DNA of 54,245 bases from a virus (IMGVR_UViG_3300022213_000006:1-54245); one strand, 5' to 3'; positions 35,767 to 45,854 are shown, counted from the stretch's first letter. Numbers and translations are program-made. Notes: generated by a model not told the origin, from the letters alone.

Positions 35767-36882
35767 TCAGGCGAGCTGCTCGGGCTCGCTCGAGAGGTTG
35801 AGCGTTCCGAAGCGGTCGGTGCCACCCGCATCGAGGACGTTCATGATCATCGTGCCGACCGCGAAGTCCTCGGCATCGAACGTCAGCGCGTCATCCGTGA
35901 TGCGAATCGACGCCGAGGGGATGTCCCAGACGAAGTTGACACCCACGTCCGTGAGGTGCTTGATCGTGGCCTTTCCCTCAAACTGAGTCTGGGTGAACGG
36001 CTTGAGCGTGTTGCTCGCCTTCCGGTTGTAGTTGTAATCAACCTCCACCGGCTGGCCGGCCTTCAGCTCGCTCGTGGCGGAGCCAAGGTCGGGGAAGCGC
36101 AGACGGCCGAGCAAGGGATCAATCACCACGTCCGGGTTCGCGGTGCCGAGCGACTCCACGAGGTTGAAGCTCGGCTCGTAGCTCGCCACGATCGCGGCGC
36201 CGTTGGCGGGAATCTTCGAAGAGCCGAACGTGATCTGGCCCGAGGTTGCCGTCGCGCCCACTGAGATTGCGATCTGTCCCGCAGTCGGGGTCGTACCGGC
36301 CACGAGGTTGACAGTCTCATCGACGCCCCCCACGAGGAATTCCGTCACGTCACCGATCACGAGAATCTTGTAGTCGAGGGCGTAATCGCCCGTCGTACCA
36401 CCGAGGGTTCCGTTGCCGGTACCGACCGCCTCATCAACAAGCGGCGCCGCATCCACGACAACCGTGGCCTCGTCGATGTCGGCCTTCGACAGCGGAGTGA
36501 ACGTGCGCGCCGCGTTCGAACCGGAAGGCACGTTGACCAGCTCGTTGACCACAGCCTGAGCCGCTGCCGCAGTCACAGGCGTGATCGAGGACGACGCCAG
36601 CAGAAGCTGCGCGAGGTCGGCTCGAAAATTGAACGTCTCGAGCTGCAGCGACACGGCGAGGCGAGAAACCAACTCGCGCTCGATCGTGATCAAACCCGCG
36701 TCGCCGCGGGGCAGCTCCAGAAGCTCGATCTCCTTCTGCAGCTCTTGGCCTGACAGAATCCCGAGCGGGATCGGCGTGCCGTAGCCGCCGGCCGTGAGCT
36801 TGGGGGTGAACTCAACCTGCGAAAATCCCAAGAGCAGATTGTCGCGAGTGTACGTGTCAGTCGATCGCGGCTGAACGGGCAT
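35767..36882 (-). CDS. Major tail tube protein
   Basis: NLLLG....F.P, WDIPSASI....L.F..EDF; strong codon bias; terminator follows. Confidence 0.85.
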   Translation of the reverse strand: MPVQPRSTDTYTRDNLLLGFSQVEFTPKLTAGGYGTPIPLGILSGQELQKEIELLELPRGDAGLITIERELVSRLAVSLQLETFNFRADLAQLLLASSSITPVTAAAAQAVVNELVNVPSGSNAARTFTPLSKADIDEATVVVDAAPLVDEAVGTGNGTLGGTTGDYALDYKILVIGDVTEFLVGGVDETVNLVAGTTPTAGQIAISVGATATSGQITFGSSKIPANGAAIVASYEPSFNLVESLGTANPDVVIDPLLGRLRFPDLGSATSELKAGQPVEVDYNYNRKASNTLKPFTQTQFEGKATIKHLTDVGVNFVWDIPSASIRITDDALTFDAEDFAVGTMIMNVLDAGGTDRFGTLNLSSEPEQLA

Positions 36883-36894
36883 GCGTCGTGCCTC

Positions 36895-37314
36895 CTACGG
36901 AGTGGTGTCGAATTGGAAGGAGCGCTTCATGAGCGCTTCGAAAGTCTGCTCCACAGTGAAACGACGCACTTGGTCGCGACCCAGTGGAGCTGGCGGAGCG
37001 GATGCCCGCAACCGCGCAATTCTTGTGGTGTCTCCGAAAACGCCTTGCCCCTTCTCCTGAAGATGCCGGGCGATGTTCCGCAACGTCTCAGATGCCACCT
37101 CGTAGGACAGATTGCGCACTCGCACTGTGAGCAACCAAACCTCCGAGATCTCTGACGGGATTCTTCCCCCTGAGACATTGAAGACCGTGATTACATTATC
37201 GGGTGTGTTCGGCTCTTCGCCAACTCGAATGTCGGCGGTCGGGGCAAGCGGGTCAAAAGTCCCGAACCCCTGATTCGCCAACTCCTGGGCAATTGCGCCT
37301 TCTAACCCCAGCAC
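36895..37314 (-). CDS. Tail terminator-like protein
   Basis: PNTPDNVITVF...VRVR...PLGRD..RR.T; position before tail tube. Confidence 0.75.
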   Translation of the reverse strand: MLGLEGAIAQELANQGFGTFDPLAPTADIRVGEEPNTPDNVITVFNVSGGRIPSEISEVWLLTVRVRNLSYEVASETLRNIARHLQEKGQGVFGDTTRIARLRASAPPAPLGRDQVRRFTVEQTFEALMKRSFQFDTTP

Positions 37315-37318
37315 CCCT

Positions 37319-37702
37319 TCATGTCCTCCGGGTCAGGAATTCGATGTGACTTCGCACGAAGCTAGCAGGATCCCAGATGTTCACGTTGACCACGAGTGAG
37401 ACGATGGTTCGGGTCGTAAGGCCCTTGGTTCGCGAACGCCAGGTTACGTAGTCCCCGGGCTGCACATCTTGAATGGAGTTCGGGACCGCCGGTGAGTGAA
37501 GGTCGATCCACAAGACATCGTCGCCCCCGCCGTCAGCCTTCGAGATCGTGCTAGCGGAGGAACCCGACGAGAAGGGAGCTCGAATCATCGGGATCGACTG
37601 GAAAAGAATCACCCGAAGGATCTCATCTCCTCCGGGTCCGGAATTCTGTGGCCGTTCGACCTTTTGGATGTCGGCGTTGTAGAAGCCCGAGTAGAGAGCC
37701 AT
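37319..37702 (-). CDS. Head closure / stopper-like protein
   Basis: Position after adaptor; DVQPGD.V. Confidence 0.6.
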   Translation of the reverse strand: MALYSGFYNADIQKVERPQNSGPGGDEILRVILFQSIPMIRAPFSSGSSASTISKADGGGDDVLWIDLHSPAVPNSIQDVQPGDYVTWRSRTKGLTTRTIVSLVVNVNIWDPASFVRSHIEFLTRRT

Positions 37703-37703
37703 C

Positions 37704-38537
37704 TCAGCCTCGCAACAACGAGTACGAGCCACCAGAGACAAGGCCGGTTGCGATGAAGGGAACCAACAAGGCGTACACCTTCGGGAACGCAACAGCATTC
37801 TCCGTGTCAGCGTAATCGACCTCCAGTTCAATTGCCCCTACTCGCTCGCGGCGCATCCGGGCCCCGCCCTCGACCTTGATCGGCACGATCTCCCCATTGA
37901 GAACGTAAACCAGCGCCAACTCTGCGATGGCCTGCTTCACCAACACCGGGATTTCATCGGACGCGTATTCCCGACCATCCGCGTCAATCATCCCTGCTCG
38001 TGGAAACACAAGAACCTGATCATCGTACGTGGGGCTGCCCTGGTAAAGGTACGCCGTGTTCACGTAATCCGTGGCAGCAACGATCGCGGCGACTTTCTGA
38101 TCCGCGCTCGCTGTCCAAGCACCATTGAAGCGCAACGCGTGGTAAGCGTCCACGTCTGCGACAGAGGCCAGGGCGTTAGCACCCGGGACATTCAACCCCG
38201 TCTCAACCACAATGGGGATGACAGGGGTGAGGCCAGAATTCTCGGACACCCGAATCGCGACCATGACTTCGATATCGCGTGACGGCGTCCAGTTCGTTTG
38301 AACGCGAACTTTCACGCGGTACATCGTGTTCGAAAGTCCGCTCGTCAGCCAGACCTTGACCACTCGAGTCGGGATATCGAAGGCAGTAGCGACAACTGTC
38401 AACGCAGGGATGGTCACCGGAGAGTCGATCGTTGCCGTCACCGCGGTGATCGTGTCGACGGCCGGAATGACCTCGGACATGTCCAGGTCGTAATCGAGAG
38501 TCGTGTCCGGATCTTTGTCAGGCCATTGGAGGTCCAT
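37704..38537 (-). CDS. Fusion of a fibre-connector-like domain (KDPD..LDY) and a DnaT-like head-tail adaptor
   Basis: N-term KDPDTTLDY..D; C-term IVVETG..V.GANA.ASV...DAYH..R...ATDY...Q.L.FPR...IP..VKQA..ELA...ERVGAIE..Y. Confidence 0.75.
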   Translation of the reverse strand: MDLQWPDKDPDTTLDYDLDMSEVIPAVDTITAVTATIDSPVTIPALTVVATAFDIPTRVVKVWLTSGLSNTMYRVKVRVQTNWTPSRDIEVMVAIRVSENSGLTPVIPIVVETGLNVPGANALASVADVDAYHALRFNGAWTASADQKVAAIVAATDYVNTAYLYQGSPTYDDQVLVFPRAGMIDADGREYASDEIPVLVKQAIAELALVYVLNGEIVPIKVEGGARMRRERVGAIELEVDYADTENAVAFPKVYALLVPFIATGLVSGGSYSLLRG

Positions 38538-38538
38538 A

Positions 38539-40071
38539 CTACAAATTCTCCGGTTTGACGATCAAGAGATTGGAGGGCTTGGGCGTGACCTTAACAATCC
38601 TCGAAGCCGAAGCCCCGCTCACCGAGACCACGCGATTTGGAGAGAAGAGCTTCACGGAGATCTTAGAAGGAGTGAACGGGTCGGGAAGCCCGCCCAAAGG
38701 CGGGGCGTACGCGGTGTCGATCTCCGTGGCCATCCCGGTCCCGAGGATGACCCCGACGTCGAAAGCGGCGTCGGTCTCCGCCGAGAGCCCCACTCCCACA
38801 ACCACCGCGACTTGGAAAGCAGTGTCTGCCTCCGCAGCGAGGCCCGAAGAGAGGGAGACCGGAACTCCGATTGCAAAATCAATCTCGGACGAGAAGTCAT
38901 GCCCGATCGTTACAGAGGTACCGAGGGAGAGATTCGTTTCATCCGCTCGGGAGATGCCCACTGCCACGGATCGAGCAATCGCCGTGTCCGTCTCGGTAGC
39001 AATGCCCACGTTGAAACCAGGCAAAACCACAGTGGGCGCAAATGCCGTATCCGTTTCATCAGACCGACCCGGACCGACCGCGATAGCACGCTGGAAAGCA
39101 GAATCCGATTCGCTGGAGATCCCAGGAGAAATGGAGGGTGATACTGCGAGCGACAAGTCAACTTCGGCAGACCTACCGATGCCGACCGCAACAGCGCGTG
39201 CAAAGGAAACGTCCGACTCTGCAGAGAGACCCGTCCCGACCGTGATAGAACGTGCAAGGGCACTGTCTGTTTCACTGGAAAAGCCATGCGCCGTGGTAAT
39301 GCCAGTTGCGAACGCAGCATCCGTCTCTGCCGCTCGCCCCGCACCTACGGACACCGCCAGGGGAAGTGCAGTATCTGTTTCCGTCGCGAGACCTACGTTC
39401 GCCGTCGCTGCTTGGCTAAGCGCGAAGGCGGAATCCGTCTCTTCTGCTCGACCTGTTCCAACCGTAAGGGACCGAGAGAAAGCTGCGTCTACTTCCGCAG
39501 AAAATCCAGCGCCAATAGAAACAGCGCGGGCAAAAGCTGAATCCGTTTCGCTCGAGAATCCACGACCAACAGAAACGCCTTGCCCCAGCGCGGTGTCTGT
39601 CTCAGCGGACCGGCCTACGCCAACCGAGATCGCTCGAGAAAAAGCAGTGTCTACTTCGGTGGAGACTCCCGCAGAAACAGACACGGATCGCGCAAGCGCA
39701 GTGTCCGATTCGGTGGCGAGCCCGTAATTCGCGACATCGGTTCGAGAAACAGCAAAGGCCGAATCCGTTTCGCTTGAGAGACCCGTGCCGACCGTGACCG
39801 ATCGAGCAAAAGCAGTGTCTACTTCAGCGGAGACTCCCACGGAAACAGACACGGATCGTGCAAGCGCAGTGTCCGTTTCACTCGAGAATCCACGACCAAC
39901 AGAAACGCTTCGACCCAGGGCGGTATCCGTTTCATTGGATCGCCCAGTGCCGACAGAAAGAGAGAGCGAAACCGCGACGTCAGTTTCTGTGGCCAGCCCG
40001 GTAGGGAACGAAGCACCGCCGCCCGACGCGATAGCAGCAGCTTGAGTAAGTGGCTGCCACGCCCACGACAT
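38539..40071 (-). CDS. Virion protein with about 24 tandem ~20-aa repeats
   Basis: Unit G.S.E(T/V/S)D.A..RSV.V; between capsid and neck genes. Confidence 0.85.
   Translation of the reverse strand: MSWAWQPLTQAAAIASGGGASFPTGLATETDVAVSLSLSVGTGRSNETDTALGRSVSVGRGFSSETDTALARSVSVSVGVSAEVDTAFARSVTVGTGLSSETDSAFAVSRTDVANYGLATESDTALARSVSVSAGVSTEVDTAFSRAISVGVGRSAETDTALGQGVSVGRGFSSETDSAFARAVSIGAGFSAEVDAAFSRSLTVGTGRAEETDSAFALSQAATANVGLATETDTALPLAVSVGAGRAAETDAAFATGITTAHGFSSETDSALARSITVGTGLSAESDVSFARAVAVGIGRSAEVDLSLAVSPSISPGISSESDSAFQRAIAVGPGRSDETDTAFAPTVVLPGFNVGIATETDTAIARSVAVGISRADETNLSLGTSVTIGHDFSSEIDFAIGVPVSLSSGLAAEADTAFQVAVVVGVGLSAETDAAFDVGVILGTGMATEIDTAYAPPLGGLPDPFTPSKISVKLFSPNRVVSVSGASASRIVKVTPKPSNLLIVKPENL
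38700..40000 (-). repeat. Degenerate ~60-bp coding tandem repeat
   Basis: For example CTCGAGAATCCACGACCAACAGAAACGC occurs at 39551 and 39881. Confidence 0.85.
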
Positions 40072-40077
40072 GGAATT

Positions 40078-40761
40078 CTACCCAGCCTTCCGCAGGGACC
40101 AATTCACCGTCACGGTTCCTGCGGCGGCATAGAAAGTCGCGTCCCACCCGTGCAGCAGTAGCAAAGCGGGTGCGATAAATAACGGCCGAGATTGGGCGCC
40201 AACGTAGATGCTTTCGTACACGACGCGCTGCGTGTCTCCACTTCGCGCCTTCTCATAGATGCGGATGCGCAGATCGTCTCCGGCGACCATGTCCGACAAG
40301 TCTGCAACCAGTTGGTAACAGCCGGCAGTAGTATCCGAATCCGGTCCGGCTGTATCAGTCGTAGCGGACCACTCTGTGGCCGCGACTGCCTCGGTTCCTG
40401 ACTGAAACTCGGTCCAGGTTCCAGCGGTACGGATACTCCACAAAACGGTGATGGTTCCAGAGGTTGCCTGTACCGTGACGTCCCAACCGTGCCCCAGGCA
40501 AATCGTGGGCATGACAAACAGCGCAGTCGCCTGTGCCCCCGCCAGCGTCCATTGCTCTGCGAGACGTTGAGTGTCCGCCGAACGTGCCTTTTCGTAGAGC
40601 CTGATTACGAGCACATCACCCGCGATCATGTCACTCACGTCAAGGATCACCTGGTAGACGCCATTCGTCGTGTCGGAATCCGGACCCGAAGTATCCGTAG
40701 TGAGAGACCACTCCGTGGCCCCCACTGCCTCTGTCCCGGAAAATGCCTGTGTAATGGCCAT
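40078..40761 (-). CDS. Virion protein with an internal duplication (2 x ~112 aa)
   Basis: SGTEAV.ATEWS.TTDT.GPDSDTT.G.YQ occurs twice. Confidence 0.85.
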   Translation of the reverse strand: MAITQAFSGTEAVGATEWSLTTDTSGPDSDTTNGVYQVILDVSDMIAGDVLVIRLYEKARSADTQRLAEQWTLAGAQATALFVMPTICLGHGWDVTVQATSGTITVLWSIRTAGTWTEFQSGTEAVAATEWSATTDTAGPDSDTTAGCYQLVADLSDMVAGDDLRIRIYEKARSGDTQRVVYESIYVGAQSRPLFIAPALLLLHGWDATFYAAAGTVTVNWSLRKAG

Positions 40762-40763
40762 GC

Positions 40764-42422
40764 TCAGCTACCCCCGAAGCCAACAACGGCAGCCTGATAG
40801 GGGCTATCGGGTGAGTTATTACATTGTCCCCGAACCCACAATTCAGCCCCAGCGGGCAAGGGAGATAGCAATTCCGGAGGCGTAAGCTGCCAATCCAACC
40901 GCCGGGGTTCCTCTTCAAGGGATGTGTGTTCTACGACATACTCCGAAATCAGCAATTTGTTTGTCACGTCCCCAACGGCCAGCTGACAAATTGTGATTTC
41001 GGCGCCTTTTGTGCTGTCCGCAGCCTGTTCTCCGAGCTGCACTGCCCACAGGTTTCGCGACGTAGTTCCAAGACTCGTCCACGATCCAAAACTGCCGTTG
41101 CCGGGAGTGAACGCTGTTCCTGCGGTCCCGCTTACCCCGAGTGTTTCAGAAAACGATGCCGCACGAGCGAGAGCGGGTACGTCTGGGCTTCCGTAAAACT
41201 CAGCGCGAACATTCACCGTTCCTGCTGTCGCATTGCTCCCAGCGATTCGAACCGCCACGGAGGAGCCGGAAGGAATACGGATCGGTGCCCACAGCGTTTT
41301 ATCGGAACCCGAAGCCGAGGAGCCCGCAACAAAGTCAGTCACCACCGCGGTGTAGGAAGTCCCTCCTGCAGGGTCAACACCGATATCCACAACGTGGTTT
41401 TTCACCTGACCCGAGGTGAAGCCTGAAGCTAGGGCCAAAGCCACCCCGAAGCACTCTTGCGAGATATCCCCGGAGGCTGCGATTTGCGTCCACGACCCTT
41501 CGGCGCCGGATGCTCCCGGGGTGACACTAACCGTTGTCTCCATCCCCTTAGCGCGAAAGCTGAATGACGCGCGCCCTGCCATCAGTTTCTGATCGCCACC
41601 CACACCAACGCCCACCGCATGCCAGCCACTCGTTGGGGCAGCGCTGCATTTCCCCCGCACGTAGATGGTCGAGCCAGCAGGTACGGGGTGGTACGCATTC
41701 TCAGCGAGCCACTGAAAGACGCCCTGCTCGAACAGGGCTTCGACCCCCGTTTCAACAACAACGCGACGACAGATCACATGCTTATTGGTGCCATCCCCGT
41801 AGGCCAACTCGATAGCCGTAACGAGTGCGGACCCCATAGTGGAACTCGAAAGGCCGACGCCGAGTTGCCACCAGAAAGTGTCTCGAGACGTTGTGCCGAG
41901 ACTCGTCCACGACCCAAAAGAGCCGTTACCAGGGGTGAACCCTACGCCCGCAGACCCTGTGATCGTCCCAATAGTTTCAGAGAAAGTTCCAACCGGAAGA
42001 TTCTCGGGACGAGAACTCTGTCCGTAGAACTTCGAAGAAACCGCCACTGTTCCAGCGATGGAGTTGGACCCTTGGATTCGGACCGCAACCGTCGACCCGG
42101 ACGGGATGAAAAGAGGAAAATAAGCCGCGATCGGGGCCTGCTGCCCAACGGTGCTTTGCCCCATCGCAAAGTTGGAGACGATCGCGCTGTAGGATGTGCC
42201 GCCGGCTGGATCCACACCGACATCCAGAAGCTGGTCTTTGATTTGACCGCTAGTGGAGCCGCCGCGAATTAGCAGTGCAATTCCGATTACATCAGCTGAC
42301 AAAGCTGAGGCAATCTGCGTCCACGACCCCTCCGCGTTACTAGCGCCAGGGGTGACGTTAGTAGAATTCCCCGCCCCGTTGACCCACAGCGTTTGCGCCG
42401 ATCCGCCAGATTTCGCGAGCAT
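40764..42422 (-). CDS. Virion protein with A-B-A-B beta-domain repeats
   Basis: VTPGAS.AEGSWTQIA twice; FTPGNGSFGSWTSLGTTSR twice. Confidence 0.85.
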   Translation of the reverse strand: MLAKSGGSAQTLWVNGAGNSTNVTPGASNAEGSWTQIASALSADVIGIALLIRGGSTSGQIKDQLLDVGVDPAGGTSYSAIVSNFAMGQSTVGQQAPIAAYFPLFIPSGSTVAVRIQGSNSIAGTVAVSSKFYGQSSRPENLPVGTFSETIGTITGSAGVGFTPGNGSFGSWTSLGTTSRDTFWWQLGVGLSSSTMGSALVTAIELAYGDGTNKHVICRRVVVETGVEALFEQGVFQWLAENAYHPVPAGSTIYVRGKCSAAPTSGWHAVGVGVGGDQKLMAGRASFSFRAKGMETTVSVTPGASGAEGSWTQIAASGDISQECFGVALALASGFTSGQVKNHVVDIGVDPAGGTSYTAVVTDFVAGSSASGSDKTLWAPIRIPSGSSVAVRIAGSNATAGTVNVRAEFYGSPDVPALARAASFSETLGVSGTAGTAFTPGNGSFGSWTSLGTTSRNLWAVQLGEQAADSTKGAEITICQLAVGDVTNKLLISEYVVEHTSLEEEPRRLDWQLTPPELLSPLPAGAELWVRGQCNNSPDSPYQAAVVGFGGS

Positions 42423-42433
42423 GGGCGCGCCTC

Positions 42434-42649
42434 TCAGGACAATCGAAGATGCGCGAGGTCCGCCGCACTAAGAGCTACGTCCGTGTCGATTCGGAAATTG
42501 CTGCCCTGGATCCTGAAATCAACGATGTTGAATCCAAGTCCGACTTGATGGTGCGCCACGGTGAGTAGAAGGTTGCAGAAATCCAGCACGGCCGGCACGC
42601 CGCCAGTGCGAACCTCTGAGAGCGTCACGATCGGCGTGTACGTAGGCAC
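42434..42649 (-). CDS. Small hypothetical virion protein
   Basis: Fills gap in late operon. Confidence 0.6.
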   Translation of the reverse strand: MPTYTPIVTLSEVRTGGVPAVLDFCNLLLTVAHHQVGLGFNIVDFRIQGSNFRIDTDVALSAADLAHLRLS

Positions 42650-42655
42650 GGCGTT

Positions 42656-43117
42656 CTACGACGCGCGGAAGAAGACACCCGAATTCAGCGTGAGGTCCAC
42701 GCCACTCGGCGTGTACGCGAGATCGAACATCGTCAGAGGGATGATGTTCGAGTCCGTGCCCGCACCCGTGTCGTTGTCGTAGCAAACCAGAATCTTCGAG
42801 ATGGCGTTGCCAGAGGCTGCAGTCCACGTCACGGACGGAAGAGAGACCTCGTAGCGGTCGTTGGTGTCGTCGGGCGCCGGCAACGCAGCAAGCTCGGTGT
42901 CCGTCAGCGTCTTGCGCCCCATGGTGGTCTGCTCGTTCGTCGTTCCCGCAATCACCGCCGCAAGCGAGTCAGCGTCGATCAGTGTTGCATCCGACTCCAA
43001 GCCTGCGGTCTCAATCGGGACAAGAATGAGAGCCGACGCCGCGGGATCGTTGTTCTCGACACGGTTGTAGTACTCAACCACGCGACCCTTCGCGATGTTG
43101 AAAACGATGTTCGCCAT
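42656..43117 (-). CDS. Virion structural protein (fibre base-like)
   Basis: AAGGAG RBS; strong codon bias; beta-rich. Confidence 0.75.
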   Translation of the reverse strand: MANIVFNIAKGRVVEYYNRVENNDPAASALILVPIETAGLESDATLIDADSLAAVIAGTTNEQTTMGRKTLTDTELAALPAPDDTNDRYEVSLPSVTWTAASGNAISKILVCYDNDTGAGTDSNIIPLTMFDLAYTPSGVDLTLNSGVFFRAS

Positions 43118-43151
43118 GATGCGTCATCTCCTTGGCCGGTGAGGCCAGTGG

Positions 43152-43379
43152 TCAGTCCCGTGCGCCACCGCGCCCGGAAGCTTCCTCAAGGTGGTTCGAG
43201 AGCTGTGCTTCAACCTCGGCAACAGCGCCACGCCGTTCTCCTCGGGGAAACCGCTTCACGAAGCGGTACCGATCCGGCTGGAGCTTCAGCATCTCTCGAG
43301 CGTCGGCGGAAAAAACGAACACGTCTTTCTTGTCCGCAGACTCCGCCGCAGTGTCTTCAAGCTGAATCAGGGTGGCCAT
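43152..43379 (-). CDS. Hypothetical protein
   Basis: GAGGAG RBS before ATG 43379. Confidence 0.7.
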   Translation of the reverse strand: MATLIQLEDTAAESADKKDVFVFSADAREMLKLQPDRYRFVKRFPRGERRGAVAEVEAQLSNHLEEASGRGGARD

Positions 43380-43406
43380 CAGAAACTCCTCGTTGAGTTG
43401 GGCTTC

Positions 43407-43446
43407 AAACAAAAGGGCCCTGGAGGCAGCGTTGCTTCCAGGGCCC
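43407..43446 (-). terminator. Intrinsic terminator after capsid and decoration genes
   Basis: GGGCCCTGGA..TCCAGGGCCC stem followed by TTTTGTTT on - strand. Confidence 0.85.
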
Positions 43447-43471
43447 CCTGTTCCACAGACGAAAGCCGCCT

Positions 43472-43975
43472 CTAGTCGGCGACTTCAGTCAGATACACGT
43501 ACGCGGTCACCGAGGGCGTGGTGCCGGCCAGAATCGCGTACAGACGTGCGTAGCGGTACAGCGTACCCGCGACCTCGTTGTCCGCGCTGACCGCGTAACG
43601 ACCGACCGTGTACATGTCATCCGAGTTGCCCGCGCCCGCACTGAGCGCGTCACCGACCGGGATGACCACCTTGTTCACGACCGCATCCGCAGCCTCGAAC
43701 AGAGTGCCATTGCCGTTCGTGTCATTCGAGAGCTGGAGGACGAACAGATACTGCTCGTCACCCGTGCCCGAGTCCGCTGCTCGCACATCGACCACGAAGT
43801 CGAAGCGCGTGTAGGCGACGTTGACCACGCCCTGCGCTGTAACGCCACCAAAATCGATGACCTTCGCGACCGTGGCGATCTCGCCTGCGAACGAAGCCGT
43901 CTTGACGGCTGCATCGTGAAGCAACGTACCGAGATCAAAGACTCGGTCGTGCTGAGAACTGGCAGTGATTCCCAT
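43472..43975 (-). CDS. Capsid decoration / cement protein
   Basis: Follows capsid gene; DE.Y.F.LQ.S...GRY....NE..G..YRY.RLY. Confidence 0.8.
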   Translation of the reverse strand: MGITASSQHDRVFDLGTLLHDAAVKTASFAGEIATVAKVIDFGGVTAQGVVNVAYTRFDFVVDVRAADSGTGDEQYLFVLQLSNDTNGNGTLFEAADAVVNKVVIPVGDALSAGAGNSDDMYTVGRYAVSADNEVAGTLYRYARLYAILAGTTPSVTAYVYLTEVAD

Positions 43976-44019
43976 GACTGGTTTCTCCTGTGAGAAGGTT
44001 GCTGGACTCTGCTCACCGA

Positions 44020-44946
44020 CTAGGCGGTGAAGGCAGCGTCCGCGATGTCACGCAGGCGGATGGCCGCTCGGGTGTGGTTGATGTGGAAGTTCGAGTACCA
44101 CTCCATACGGGTGGTCTCCCGCGGCGTGGAGTCATCCTCGCCGAGATCACGAACCTGCATGCCGCCGTTCTCGATGCCCTCAACGCCATCCTCGCCCAGA
44201 CCGATGACGTAGATCGAAGCGGCGGTGCTACCACCGCCACCCGTCGCCGCTTCCGTGAAGTCGAGGATGTTGTCGTTGTTCTGCGAATCCGTGATCCGCA
44301 CAACCTCGATGCCGTTGTACCGCATCACCTGTCGACCGAGATCGTCGGTCGTGTGCGTGACGAAGCCCGTCACGCCCGTGAGGCGCCCGGCCTGCGACAG
44401 ACGCAGGTGCATCTTGCGACCGACGAGGATCGCCTGCGGGCTGTGGCACCGCGCGATGGCCTCATCGAGCGTGAGAAGCGACAGCGCCGAGCCGCCCGCG
44501 CCGCCACCAGCCGAGACCACATTGAAGTTGTCGAGCCGAACCTGAAGCCCGTCCATCTCGCGCGGATCCGTGGTGTTGTCACCCTTGAAGAAGTCCTGGA
44601 TCCAGAGATTCGAGATCGCCTTGATCTTCATGCCGATCTGACGAGCTGCCTGATCGGCACCCTTCGTCTTCAGGATGAAGGGGTCGATGCCGATCTCGCC
44701 GCCGTAGATCTTGAGCGACTGGATCATCTCTTCGACCCGACCCTCGCTCGCAGTGAACCCTTCGTTCACACCGCGAGTGCCGGCCGCGGGCAGCACCGAC
44801 TCCAGCGTGATTCCGTCCGCTGACCCGAGAATGGGCCGAAACGGCAGAACCTCAAGCAGGCGCTGATTGCCGATGAAAGTCTCAATGACGCCGCGTCGGA
44901 AGATGTTGTCTTCCTGCTTCGCAGCTTCGAGCAGCGTAAGTGCCAT
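44020..44946 (-). CDS. Major capsid protein
   Basis: MALTLLEAAK...LPF...LP.AG.R.VNEG...DGL..R...T.MEWY...A.RL..I; AGGAGG RBS. Confidence 0.93.
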   Translation of the reverse strand: MALTLLEAAKQEDNIFRRGVIETFIGNQRLLEVLPFRPILGSADGITLESVLPAAGTRGVNEGFTASEGRVEEMIQSLKIYGGEIGIDPFILKTKGADQAARQIGMKIKAISNLWIQDFFKGDNTTDPREMDGLQVRLDNFNVVSAGGGAGGSALSLLTLDEAIARCHSPQAILVGRKMHLRLSQAGRLTGVTGFVTHTTDDLGRQVMRYNGIEVVRITDSQNNDNILDFTEAATGGGGSTAASIYVIGLGEDGVEGIENGGMQVRDLGEDDSTPRETTRMEWYSNFHINHTRAAIRLRDIADAAFTA

Positions 44947-44992
44947 GATGAAGTGACCTCCTGGCGACGACGAGATCTATAGCAGGTTGTTA

Positions 44993-45766
44993 CTAGCTTG
45001 CCTGCTGCAACCCCACAGACAACTTCTGTGAAGGCGTCATCGCCTCAATTTTCGTGAGATCCTTACGTCGCGACGACCTGTCGCCGTTCGGACCACCACC
45101 CGATCCACCACCCGTCGACGGTTCGAAAAGATGCCCAGCCTCAGTCACGAGGCCCTCATACCATTCCGCCATCGAGAGAGGTGTCTTTCCGTCCTTGCTG
45201 TACATGGGCCGGTCACCGTCAATCGCCACCACGTCGTTCTCATCGTTCAGCTTGAACACCTTGTGTGCGCGTGAGAGGAGATCGAACGATGCGGTCGGGC
45301 GAAGCTTCGGCCCACCCTTTGCCGCCAGCTCTTCCGCCGTGCGGCGGACGCTGTCGTCGATCTTCAACCCACTGATCGTGCTCTTGGCTCCGGTGAGATT
45401 CCGCTCGAGTTCCTCGCACCGCTTCGTGAGTGCCTCAACCTGCGCGGTGCTCGCCTTTTTGAAAGCGTCCACCCGCCGATCAATCACCACGTCCATCTTG
45501 CCTTCAGCGAGAAGCTTCGCTTCCTCGTCGTTGGCAATCTTGTCCAGAAGTCCTCGAAGAATCTTGGGTTCGGGAAGTCCCTCGTAATCCTTCTGGAGTT
45601 TCGCGAATCGCTCTTCAGCGGTGCGCTTCTCCGCGAGGATGTCGTCCTTGTTCTTTCGAAGACCAGCCGTCTGACCGTCAAGCCACTCCTGCAGCTTCTT
45701 CAGGTCTTCGGCGTTGGGGGTACCATCGAAGCTCGGCCTCGTGGGATAGCGGAACAGAGAACTCAT
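44993..45766 (-). CDS. Capsid scaffold protein
   Basis: GLRKNKDDILAEK coiled coil; HLFEPSTGGGSGG; precedes capsid gene. Confidence 0.85.
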   Translation of the reverse strand: MSSLFRYPTRPSFDGTPNAEDLKKLQEWLDGQTAGLRKNKDDILAEKRTAEERFAKLQKDYEGLPEPKILRGLLDKIANDEEAKLLAEGKMDVVIDRRVDAFKKASTAQVEALTKRCEELERNLTGAKSTISGLKIDDSVRRTAEELAAKGGPKLRPTASFDLLSRAHKVFKLNDENDVVAIDGDRPMYSKDGKTPLSMAEWYEGLVTEAGHLFEPSTGGGSGGGPNGDRSSRRKDLTKIEAMTPSQKLSVGLQQAS

Positions 45767-45854
45767 TCGTGTAACACCTCTGGTGTATTGTGGCGAAGAT
45801 GGCACTCGGGCTCCCGCCCGCGAGCTTCTGCTCGAAGCCTCTTTCGCAGAGAGA

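Noticed and set aside
38555-39727. 390-aa plus-strand repeat ORF
   Set aside because: Mirror of the minus-strand repeat protein, which fits the operon direction
38700-40000. Possible CRISPR array
   Set aside because: Repeats are degenerate, in frame and coding, with no unique spacers; the Cas4-like nuclease belongs to the replication module
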